DNA of 64,000 bases from an uncultured Clostridia bacterium. GTDB lineage: Bacteria > Bacillota > Clostridia > Christensenellales > UBA3700. The stretch is taken from contig CAMXSN010000006.1 in assembly GCA_947246685.1 (NCBI GenBank), positions 3,898 through 67,897 on the forward strand. The letters run 5' to 3'. A model generated the notes under the pieces. The model made no database searches and was not told where the DNA came from. It saw only the letters and a program-made list of their open reading frames with translations. Of the stretch, positions 27,901 through 35,409 are shown in pieces (position 1 is the first letter of the stretch; every line of letters starts with the position of its first letter). A program made the translations under genes and the position numbers.

Positions 27901-28097
27901 ATCAGATTGAACACTGGCAGCACGATAAAACGCGCGTCGAAGCCCGATACAGCACACACTATCAGCAACACGAGGTCGCACACCGCCGCGGTAATGGAAG
28001 CGATGAGCAAAAATAGCTTGCTGCCGCCGAACCGCTTGCGGTTGGCGGAAGAATAATCTATATTTTCGCTGCCTGAATATAAGCCGTTTCTATTCAT
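24939..28097 (-). CDS. 1052-aa polytopic membrane protein with a large extracytoplasmic region ending in six MBG/YDG-type repeats
   Basis: RBS AAGGAGG and an ATGA overlap with the upstream gene. Five hydrophobic helices lie in aa ~29-170. The last 477 aa form six ~75-85-aa repeats, each with xVxW...(V/T)YDG...G(K/R)Y...NY...(F/Y)xIxK. Confidence 0.75.
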   Translation of the reverse strand: MNRNGLYSGSENIDYSSANRKRFGGSKLFLLIASITAAVCDLVLLIVCAVSGFDARFIVLPVFNLIFDALFIVGIVFTNFRFRYSLTVWIVYLALTFIFACSTLGVMSGGELTYSTGAATALFAVAHAVSFVAVTIAALYPILKKKPWVKATVIAMSALTVAISGAYSVYIMDYGFLGQGYVDEYRSLAFKYDQASDSYFADGVLEGRSDKVRVPLTFNGKDVTAVSYALFADASIASVEIVGEKRMRLYDEKYYLGELNDTLKLGVNKKLIDSYRQELYSERQSVVLANNVYPTGLADDEAYVTFAYNADDLILTDNSYIPTWIGKKGNKFDLSFCGDKVDYVKYSDKSDDEDLYWNYQNNGYMLKEIVTSQGNLQGVSIVNNVVKAQVNFERVFAVEIGDGNDTKFSFDDSIKTIEAGGSIRNYRLTALSRADELLKDLSRDGFDIKWKCGVNEFSSLADYLRRNANGYYNATAVEPEWTLKKPYDGKITPNAEKYVYGDTLILSAAAKAPKSGYDLSYSWYCKDAFMQSGAQMIYDRVLPSMSGAFSVIVVATSEETSLSSQETFVIDVSVDKKALDFVWTDFDQDVYDGENKEVYVDYDTSQLIEGDGIEYAISNHINSDAGRYTANIELTVGADCYKIGSGGSFAYEILPIEVEAVWSNTQFVYDGSYKAPNATVTGIAKDGQIQTDVTGAGIDAGAYVARVSTANGNYTIVNRNCDYVIERATVTAKWAENVQLVYAGVAQHPDLMVIGALDRDKPVPIDYYGYENNVNVGDGYTVGADLPIDGNYRLDAPVETSYSIVKRQVRVVWDEKYSKFVYDGQNHNARVSSITNAVANQQTAMISSLKYTSAQLNVGKYTAQVALGGVYADNYQLIGDDSKDFEITKRTLVAKAVASAKTYDGKTGGNFGFTLSGLATKDKKEDFGTPIYGGSAISAKNAGKYTLTLSLPESGVINNYDVKYESCDFIINKKSVALQWNTASGIPTIVKDGKEYSSDIKLNGYAYYDSKGRLLASAPTAVGNYSVSASVSSVNYEFTNTLIDFKIERKAS

Positions 28098-29752
28098 TTC
28101 GCTGCCTCCTTGTCGGAATTGCCCTTAGGCGCGCTGAGATAACCGCTGCTCTTGGCGGTATCTTTATTAAATATAAGCACAGATTCGTCGATCATAAACA
28201 TAATGCAATCTTCGTCTTCCTTGCAATATTTCTTTTTGTTGAGACTGCCTATTCTCTTGACCAAAGACAGCATTCCCGAATATTTGCGATATAGCTTATT
28301 ACCCTGTTTGTATTCCGCGTCGTCTATCGCGTCTATGCCCAATTTGGTTATTTTGCAGAAATCGCAAACGTAATCGGTCGAATTAGTTTCGGAGTAAAAC
28401 GATCTTCCGCAACATGAACAACGCGCAATTTTATCTTTAGGCACCAACGTCATTCTGTCTCTGACAAAGGCAAGATTCTTAGTATATCTAGCTATTCCGT
28501 CTTCGCAGACGTATACGACCTCGGGATGCGGACAGCGTTTGCATTTTCTCACTCCGCCGTCAAGCACGGCAGTATCGTCCTCGCAAACGTATTTGACGCA
28601 TCTGCCGGCAAGTCTCGCGTTCTCCGAGCAACTAATCCTGAGCAAGTGCGAAGTAAACGTTCCGCCGGATTTTATCTGTCTTATTATCTCTTCGCTAAGA
28701 CCGAGCCCTTGATGGGCAGGATTTATCAACGCTGTTTTCTCTACTCCGTCAAATACGTATTTGATCTTATTGAACTCGATAAGAGTAGATTTTTTGCGGC
28801 AGCTGTTGCAATAAAGACTCAACCTGCCTCCTATGCCCAATATCGCTTTGAGCGCGACCTTGCCGTCTAGTCTTACGTCGTAGTTATCTTTTCTCCACTG
28901 AAAATGCAGGACGTTGAGAAGAGACAGATTTAGGCACGTCAAATCAACGTTGTCGTTGGGTCCCTTCTCCACCATAATTCCCACGGCGTTCTCGTCTCTG
29001 CCGTCGGCTAACACGACGTAATCCGACAAATCCGCTCCTTGAGAATTACCGTCGGGATATACGAGTTTGTCCAAAGCATTGACGACGGTATCGGTAAGTT
29101 CCGCGCTGTTTTGCATAAGTTCATCTTCTTCCCTTTCCGAATCGAACGTGGAAAGATACGAGTTGATGACTTCGGCTTCTTCCTTGCCGTAAGGAAGTAT
29201 TTTTTTACCTACTTTTCTAAAAAACACTTTGCCTAGCACCGGCACCGCTTCGCCCGTTCCGTCGGTGATCTCCAACCTCAACGAGGCTCCGTAAACGTCT
29301 TCCAAACTCTCCGACTCGTCGCCGCGTCTAATATCGAATACGTAATTATCAAAGAAGCTCGATAGCACGTTGTTTATCAGCGCACAATGACTTTCTATCA
29401 ACTCGTTGGATATTACGTGCCTTCTGGGGCTGTATTCGACGATAGAATAATTGCGGTGAAAATGTTCCTTGACCGACTCGACGAACATAAGCCATTCGGC
29501 GGTGTCGTTTTTGACGCTCTCGCCTCTGAACATTCCAAACCATGACGCCCCGTTGTCGCCCATTACCGCATTGAACGAACCGTCGTCGCGCGCAGCCGCG
29601 CCGCGAGCCAATATAAATTCATGCGAGGGAGTAACTATCCTGTCTGCGTCCGCCGACAAAACCGATCCTTCTTTTATGCAATTTTCGCGGTACAATTTCA
29701 CCACGCTGTCAAACGTCTTGCCGTATTCGCTTCCAATATAAATCTTAGCCAT
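28094..29752 (-). CDS. 552-aa hypothetical protein with several CxxC Zn-ribbon-like pairs in the C-terminal half
   Basis: RBS GGAGGCGGT. CNSCRKK, CKRCPHPE and CSCCGRSF...CDFC. No other recognisable motif. Confidence 0.65.
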   Translation of the reverse strand: MAKIYIGSEYGKTFDSVVKLYRENCIKEGSVLSADADRIVTPSHEFILARGAAARDDGSFNAVMGDNGASWFGMFRGESVKNDTAEWLMFVESVKEHFHRNYSIVEYSPRRHVISNELIESHCALINNVLSSFFDNYVFDIRRGDESESLEDVYGASLRLEITDGTGEAVPVLGKVFFRKVGKKILPYGKEEAEVINSYLSTFDSEREEDELMQNSAELTDTVVNALDKLVYPDGNSQGADLSDYVVLADGRDENAVGIMVEKGPNDNVDLTCLNLSLLNVLHFQWRKDNYDVRLDGKVALKAILGIGGRLSLYCNSCRKKSTLIEFNKIKYVFDGVEKTALINPAHQGLGLSEEIIRQIKSGGTFTSHLLRISCSENARLAGRCVKYVCEDDTAVLDGGVRKCKRCPHPEVVYVCEDGIARYTKNLAFVRDRMTLVPKDKIARCSCCGRSFYSETNSTDYVCDFCKITKLGIDAIDDAEYKQGNKLYRKYSGMLSLVKRIGSLNKKKYCKEDEDCIMFMIDESVLIFNKDTAKSSGYLSAPKGNSDKEAAK

Positions 29753-29763
29753 ACCGCCTCCGC

Positions 29764-32571
29764 TCAGTTATCCATGGACAGAATTTCTTTTATATCCGCC
29801 ACTTTGTCAGATTCTTTCCTTAGATTGTTGCAGAAAGACTCGCCGTTGTCGTGTTTGAAATCCCACGACGCCTTGATATACGCCGCAAACGTCCTTGCAA
29901 TCACGGGATATAGATAACCTCTTTCGTGATTTTGTTCGCACTTGGGACAACGCGCAATCCATTTCTCGTCAAACGATATTACGTGAGGTCTGGGAGAACA
30001 CTGCGAATAATCGCACGATCCGCACAGTTCAACGCTGGCTTTACCTACGCCGTACCTGCACTTCTGCGGACATGACGAACGGCTGGAACAGCTTGCGCAC
30101 AGACTCTTGAGTTCAACTGCGGAAATATTGCGATTGAGCGCATAAGCGTTGAGCACGCTGCACTTACCTTTGAGCTCGCTCTTGAATCTCTGACAGTGCA
30201 ACATCGAGCATATCTTGGAACAGTAATAATCTCTGTCGCCTTTATCTCCGCTGCTGCACAGCGATCCTCTGTCCGTATCCGTCTTGGATATACACGTGTA
30301 TCCGCCGTCGCCCACGCTTCTGCCGAATACCGAACCGCACGTGCCGCACTTGAATTCGTACACGTTTATCTCTTCCATAACCGTGCCTCGGGGATCATCC
30401 TGAATACACTGCCTTTTTGCTATACAGAAAAGATTGTTTTTCTTCTTGCGCGCATCGTATTCTTCTTTTGTATAAAGCGCCACTTTGCCGCAAGCGGGAC
30501 ATCTGAGCGCAACCATACGCTCGTTGTTACTGCCCGCGATAATCGTCGCGTCGCCGCTGTTGCTGGAAAGCAATCCTATACTGTTGAAGTACGCAAGAGC
30601 AAAACCTTCGAGCTTATTCATATCTGCAAACGAATATATCTTGACGTCGCTAGACTGTCCGAGACGGAATATTCTGCCTATTCTCTGATCCATAGACAAC
30701 GGATCGGGCGTGACCTGGAAGTTGATGATGATTCTGCTGTCCTGCAAGTTTACGCCCTCGGTAAACGACGGGTCGGTAACGAGTAACACCGCGTCTTCTT
30801 TGGATGTAAATTCGTCTATAACCTGTCTTTTGTTATCGTCTCTGCCTATTAATATCCTTGATGAAAATTCGCCGTCCGCGGCAAGTTCCGCACCGACTTT
30901 TTCCCATTGACGGTACCCTTTGCTTGTCTTGGGCAAGTCGTAATCGAAAAATACCAACGCTCTCTCGCCCGGATGTTCGCGCAGAACGGATTTCATCTCC
31001 TCGAATTTATACGCAAACGTATCTTTATCAGCCGCGGTGAAGATAAATTTGTTGTCGCATTCTCCCGCGGCTTTTCTTGAGAATTGCTCCCAATAAAATT
31101 TAAGCGAATTTTTCTTTTCAAAAACTTTTTCGTCCCCGAAAGATTTTAGTCCGCCCAAAATGTTGGGCACCAATATCTCAGCATATTTCTCCTGAGCGTC
31201 GCCGTGCAAGGAAATTTCCTGCGCATAGTCTTTCAGCGAATATGCTCTGCCGTCGACGTTGAGCGCTCGATTCCCGTTGATTACGTCCAGACTTGCTTCC
31301 ATGTCGCAACCGTCTCCGTATTTGAACCTTATTATCTTAGGAGCGTTTTCTTTGACAGGGAAGAAATATCTGTTGAAAACGAATCTGGTCTTGGTAAGTT
31401 CGTTGGGCTGACGGATCATTATGGTGCGCAACACGCCGTTGTGATAAGCGCTCGCTACTCTTTTGAGCACCTCGGAGCGTATTGGACCGCTGTCTTTAAG
31501 AAACTCTTCTCTTAGCAATTGTTTTTCGCCCTGAGTATAAGATTGAAATTTCTCGTATTCTCCCTTTGCTTTCAAAAAAGCTTCAAACTGAGCTGAGTAA
31601 TTGTTGTCTACTTCAAACTTCTTAACCGCGGTGATAAACTCTGCCACGGTATTCGCGCCTCTGCACACGTTCTGCTTGTAATAGAGTTTCTCTTTTCTGT
31701 ATTCGTCAGTGCGCTCTTTATCCTCTTTTATATCGAAATCGTCGGGATTGCCGCCCTTACATCTGATAAAATACCACAGTCTGAACATCTTTTCCAGATT
31801 GCCGGAATGAGGCGTAGCGGAAAGAAGCACGCAGTAAGTGCTGTTGGCTTTTTTCTTTGTCTGCATAAGCAAAGACAGTAGTTTCATAGCCTTTGCATAT
31901 CTGCCTTCTTCCGCGCACAGATGATGAGCCTCGTCGACGACAACGACGTCGAATAACACGTTTTTAATCGCGCTTTCTCGCCAGTTGACGAAATCCTCCG
32001 CCTTGACGATAAACGGCTTTGTCGGTCTGACGGTCGCTCCGTCCGACAAAGTCTCGCACTCGCCGAACTCCGCGTCGGCGACTCCGACAAGCACGCCTTT
32101 GCCCAGTCCGAATTTATTTTCAAGCACGTCTATCCAGCTGTCGTAAACCTGCGACGGCACGACCAACAACAGCGATTTCATCTTACCTCTGACGGCAAGC
32201 TCGCTCAGCACTGCGCACGCCTCAAAAGTTTTGCCGCTGCCCACAACGTCCGCGAGCAGACCGAAGCCGCGCAGCTCCTTGAGAAAATGCGTCGCCGCAA
32301 GTTGCTGATGTCTCAATATTACCTGATTGCTGTTGACGCTCCTATGCACATGCGATTTGGTTATTCCGTAATCTCCGCCGTCGGATTCGTATACTTCCGG
32401 CGCTATTTTCAACGCGGCGAAATCGTCGTATCTGTCCAGTTCTTCGGCGCAGTGGGTAAGCTCGGCTATCCGCGCGTCGAAGGGGCGTATCTCACCTGCA
32501 ATCTTCGACCTCTGAATATCCCTGTCAAAAGCTCCGTCCGTACATTTAAGAGTAAATCTTTTCTTTTTCAT
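29764..32571 (-). CDS. SNF2-family (RapA/HepA-like) helicase/translocase with ~200-aa Cys-rich C-terminal module
   Basis: Start ATG 32571, 5 nt after GGAGGGG; the track start 32589 is a TTG. Motifs LLADVVGSGKTFEA (I), VVVDEAHH (II), LLSATPHSG (III), TEGVNLQ and QRIGRIFRLGQ (VI). The tail holds about 21 Cys, including CPAC, CGTC, CASC, CGSC and CPKC. Confidence 0.85.
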   Translation of the reverse strand: MKKKRFTLKCTDGAFDRDIQRSKIAGEIRPFDARIAELTHCAEELDRYDDFAALKIAPEVYESDGGDYGITKSHVHRSVNSNQVILRHQQLAATHFLKELRGFGLLADVVGSGKTFEACAVLSELAVRGKMKSLLLVVPSQVYDSWIDVLENKFGLGKGVLVGVADAEFGECETLSDGATVRPTKPFIVKAEDFVNWRESAIKNVLFDVVVVDEAHHLCAEEGRYAKAMKLLSLLMQTKKKANSTYCVLLSATPHSGNLEKMFRLWYFIRCKGGNPDDFDIKEDKERTDEYRKEKLYYKQNVCRGANTVAEFITAVKKFEVDNNYSAQFEAFLKAKGEYEKFQSYTQGEKQLLREEFLKDSGPIRSEVLKRVASAYHNGVLRTIMIRQPNELTKTRFVFNRYFFPVKENAPKIIRFKYGDGCDMEASLDVINGNRALNVDGRAYSLKDYAQEISLHGDAQEKYAEILVPNILGGLKSFGDEKVFEKKNSLKFYWEQFSRKAAGECDNKFIFTAADKDTFAYKFEEMKSVLREHPGERALVFFDYDLPKTSKGYRQWEKVGAELAADGEFSSRILIGRDDNKRQVIDEFTSKEDAVLLVTDPSFTEGVNLQDSRIIINFQVTPDPLSMDQRIGRIFRLGQSSDVKIYSFADMNKLEGFALAYFNSIGLLSSNSGDATIIAGSNNERMVALRCPACGKVALYTKEEYDARKKKNNLFCIAKRQCIQDDPRGTVMEEINVYEFKCGTCGSVFGRSVGDGGYTCISKTDTDRGSLCSSGDKGDRDYYCSKICSMLHCQRFKSELKGKCSVLNAYALNRNISAVELKSLCASCSSRSSCPQKCRYGVGKASVELCGSCDYSQCSPRPHVISFDEKWIARCPKCEQNHERGYLYPVIARTFAAYIKASWDFKHDNGESFCNNLRKESDKVADIKEILSMDN

Positions 32572-32585
32572 TATCCCCTCCGCCG

Positions 32586-34538
32586 TCAATCGGCTCCTTC
32601 CACGTCGAATTCCTCGACGCCTTGGAATTGAAGAACTATGTCTTTGTATCTGGCAAACTTAACGTTTGTCGGGTCGTCGGCTTTTCTTACGGCTATGGTG
32701 TCGTAAGCTCCGTTCTTGGATACGTTGTTGCGTATGAAAGGCTGCGCTCTGCCGTCTCCGTCGATCTTAACTCCCTCAAGGAAGTATAACACGCCTTTTA
32801 TCTGCACCGGTATGGGCGATTTTTTGCCTTCTTTGCAATAATAAAACAGTATCTTGCCTTTGCTCTTACCGCCCGACACCACTCGCAGACCTATCTTCGT
32901 CTGCATCTTCACGCGCTGTTCGGAGTCAGGTTCGCCTATCACGTATACTCCCGACGATTCCGTCGTAGAGAAAATCTCCTCATTGTCTACCGACCCCGAC
33001 CATCTGTCCATATATTTGAGGCTGGATTCGGTATAATACGTTCCTCCGTCGGGAGGAAGTATCTGACCTCTTTTGAGGAAAATGTCCAGTATCTTATAGT
33101 ATTTATCTCCGCGCTTGCGATATTGCCAAGTACCGTAAGACAATGCTACCGCCGTCTTGATCTCGTAATTATTGAGCGCAACGATAGCGCCGCCTACCGC
33201 GGGCGCAAACAAAGAATCTTCGTATGAAAGTATCCTGAATCCGTCGTCTCTGTTCTCGTAATCGTCAAACGTGACGACGTCGACGTTCAATCCCGCTTTG
33301 CGTAGTTTGGAGCGCAGATAACCTATCAGCCCGTAGGTCTCCGTAACTCCTCCCGACAAGAGAAGTTTGTCCACGTCTTTATTGATACTTCTGTTCAACT
33401 CCTCGATAATATAATCCGCTATCTTAGCCGCCACGCCGCAATCGCCGTCGATACCCACCGCCTTGCAAAAGTCATCTCTCGTCAACATTCTCTGCACCGT
33501 CACGTCTCTATAGAGCGATATAGGCGCTCCGTCTGGAAACACGTTGTCGTAAGTTGCGTCGGGAAGAGACAGCGCCGTCTTGACCTTTTTGATCTCGGTC
33601 ATAAACAAAAACTGTTTAGAATGCAATCCCCGCTCGGCGATATATCCGTCTTCTCCCGACGGCGGCGCGCCCGGAGTCTCTCTCGCCCCGATGCTGTCTT
33701 CTATATAATCTCTTAACGCAATGTCAAAATCGTTGCCGCCTATCTCCATAGGCTCGTTGTGACCGTCAACGCCGTCCACAAGCACGCTCTTGACCTTTCC
33801 GCCCGAAAGACTGAGTTTTGCAACGGAAATATCCTCTTCGCCCATATCGACGATAATAACGCCCTCTCCGCCGTCCAAAATACCTCTGTGAAATGCAAAA
33901 AGTCCCAGCGCTCTCGTAGATGACATTACCTTCTTAACATTAGAGCCGACCGAACGCTCTACCAAACGCGTCAACTCCTCTATGTATTCCGCGCCCGCTT
34001 TGGCAGGATAAATCAGCGAATAATCGACGCTGTCGAATGCTAGATTTCTCTGCGCTTGCAATCTCTCTATCGCAGGCAAAACAGTCTTAGAAAATAGATA
34101 ATCAAAAAACTCTTCGCACACCTGCATCGGCGTCCTGTCTGCGCAAAAAGTCATGTCGAGATCTTTGGCAAGCATCAGATTTTCGGAAATCTTGCGTTTT
34201 GTCGGAAAATAAAATTTGGGGAAATCTCTGCCTTCTCGATAACATACGCGATTGCTATCGCATACGGCTTTATCCGATCTTTTCAGAAGCAAAGACAGCA
34301 GCGTTTTGATCTTGACGACAGTAATAAAAGGTCTGTCGGTGCCTTTATACGCTTCGTCTCCGAACAGCCATCTGCCGTTGTCCTCGTCGTAATACGCTAT
34401 CGCCGACACGACCGCGCTGCCCGTGACTTCCCTGGGCGCCAACTTTCCGTATACCGCCTTATTGGATTCTTTATAGGCAAAAGCAACCTTTACTTTGTCG
34501 CTGCCGACGTCGATTGCAACCTCTAAATTACCTTGCAT
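32586..34538 (-). CDS. divergent Hsp70-like (actin-fold) ATPase with beta-rich C-terminal domain, no lid
   Basis: RBS AAAGGAG. Motifs AIDVGSDKVKVAF (phosphate-1), IIVDMGEEDISV (phosphate-2), EIGGNDFD, LLLSGGVTETYGL and PAVGGAIVA. The C-terminal ~190 aa resemble an SBD-beta (TAVALSYGTW...ILPP...). No EEVD. Confidence 0.8.
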   Translation of the reverse strand: MQGNLEVAIDVGSDKVKVAFAYKESNKAVYGKLAPREVTGSAVVSAIAYYDEDNGRWLFGDEAYKGTDRPFITVVKIKTLLSLLLKRSDKAVCDSNRVCYREGRDFPKFYFPTKRKISENLMLAKDLDMTFCADRTPMQVCEEFFDYLFSKTVLPAIERLQAQRNLAFDSVDYSLIYPAKAGAEYIEELTRLVERSVGSNVKKVMSSTRALGLFAFHRGILDGGEGVIIVDMGEEDISVAKLSLSGGKVKSVLVDGVDGHNEPMEIGGNDFDIALRDYIEDSIGARETPGAPPSGEDGYIAERGLHSKQFLFMTEIKKVKTALSLPDATYDNVFPDGAPISLYRDVTVQRMLTRDDFCKAVGIDGDCGVAAKIADYIIEELNRSINKDVDKLLLSGGVTETYGLIGYLRSKLRKAGLNVDVVTFDDYENRDDGFRILSYEDSLFAPAVGGAIVALNNYEIKTAVALSYGTWQYRKRGDKYYKILDIFLKRGQILPPDGGTYYTESSLKYMDRWSGSVDNEEIFSTTESSGVYVIGEPDSEQRVKMQTKIGLRVVSGGKSKGKILFYYCKEGKKSPIPVQIKGVLYFLEGVKIDGDGRAQPFIRNNVSKNGAYDTIAVRKADDPTNVKFARYKDIVLQFQGVEEFDVEGAD

Positions 34539-34600
34539 ATATCTCCTTTTTCATATCGAATTTTGACGGTTGAGAAAAAACCGCAAAATCTTACGCATAC

Positions 34601-34629
34601 AGTATAGCACACGCTCATAAGGTTTTCAA
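34601..34629 (-). promoter_or_regulatory. strong sigma-A-type promoter of the nine-gene operon
   Basis: Minus strand reads TTGAAA - 17 nt - TATACT with a TG at the extended -10 position (GTGTGCTATACT). It lies ~60 nt upstream of the Hsp70-like ATG. Confidence 0.65.
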
Positions 34630-34730
34630 TACTATTTATTATATTATTTATACAAAGGCGTTGTAGATTTTACAAAAATATTTTACAATTTTGGCATAGA
34701 CTATTCTAATATTATCTAAGAAATTAAGGA

Positions 34731-34759
34731 AAAATTTAACCGTCGAAAAAACGACGGTT
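34731..34759 (-). terminator. rho-independent terminator insulating the operon from the upstream gene
   Basis: aaccgtcg-aaaaaa-cgacggtt hairpin, followed on the minus strand by AAATTTTT. Confidence 0.65.
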
Positions 34760-34787
34760 GTAGAATGCGGCATTTATAAATGTGATA

Positions 34788-35270
34788 TCAAATACAAATT
34801 CCGTGCAATACGCTACCTGCCAGCAAATGCGCGGAAATAATTTCCTGCATCTCGGCACCCTTGACGTAATCTGCAAGTTCGCACAGCGTCACGCTCATTG
34901 AATTGTGTAATTCCAACAGTCTGTACATAGACTGTTTAAGCGGCATCTTCTGCACTCCGACAAATACTTCGTTTGCGAAGTTTGCCATAACGGATACCCT
35001 TATACGGTTTTTTGTCGCTACGTTCAAGATAAATTCTACGTTTTTGCGGTTACGCGAAACGAATATCCTGTCAAACTGAGCAATTATCGCCGTCATCTCC
35101 TTGCAACATCTGCAAAAGTCGGCGCACTTATCCGTCATATACACGGGAATGGGATATTGAAACAACGCCGTCCGCGTCTTTCCGGCGCCCACTCCGAGCG
35201 CGTCGTATTCTCTGTTCATATCCGCTATTTGTCCTTCGTCGGCTATCATGTCAAATTCGTTATCCTGCAT
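34788..35270 (-). CDS. hypothetical protein (160 aa)
   Basis: Clean ORF followed by its own terminator. No recognisable motifs. Contains CADFCRCC. Confidence 0.5.
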   Translation of the reverse strand: MQDNEFDMIADEGQIADMNREYDALGVGAGKTRTALFQYPIPVYMTDKCADFCRCCKEMTAIIAQFDRIFVSRNRKNVEFILNVATKNRIRVSVMANFANEVFVGVQKMPLKQSMYRLLELHNSMSVTLCELADYVKGAEMQEIISAHLLAGSVLHGICI

Positions 35271-35409
35271 ACTTTCTCCCCTATCAAGTCAATTCGATAT
35301 CATTAATATTTATTAAACAAAATATACTTTTATGCCGCGCGGGCGTTAAAAATAATAAATTGTCTTGCGTCGGTTGCAATTTGCTAAGATATTGATTATA
35401 ATAATTACT

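Noticed and set aside
18920-34629. The large operon as part of a prophage, ICE or transposon
   Set aside because: There is no integrase, recombinase, transposase, terminal repeat, capsid/tail or conjugation gene. The composition resembles the flanking housekeeping genes, and the unit has a single promoter and terminator like a native operon.
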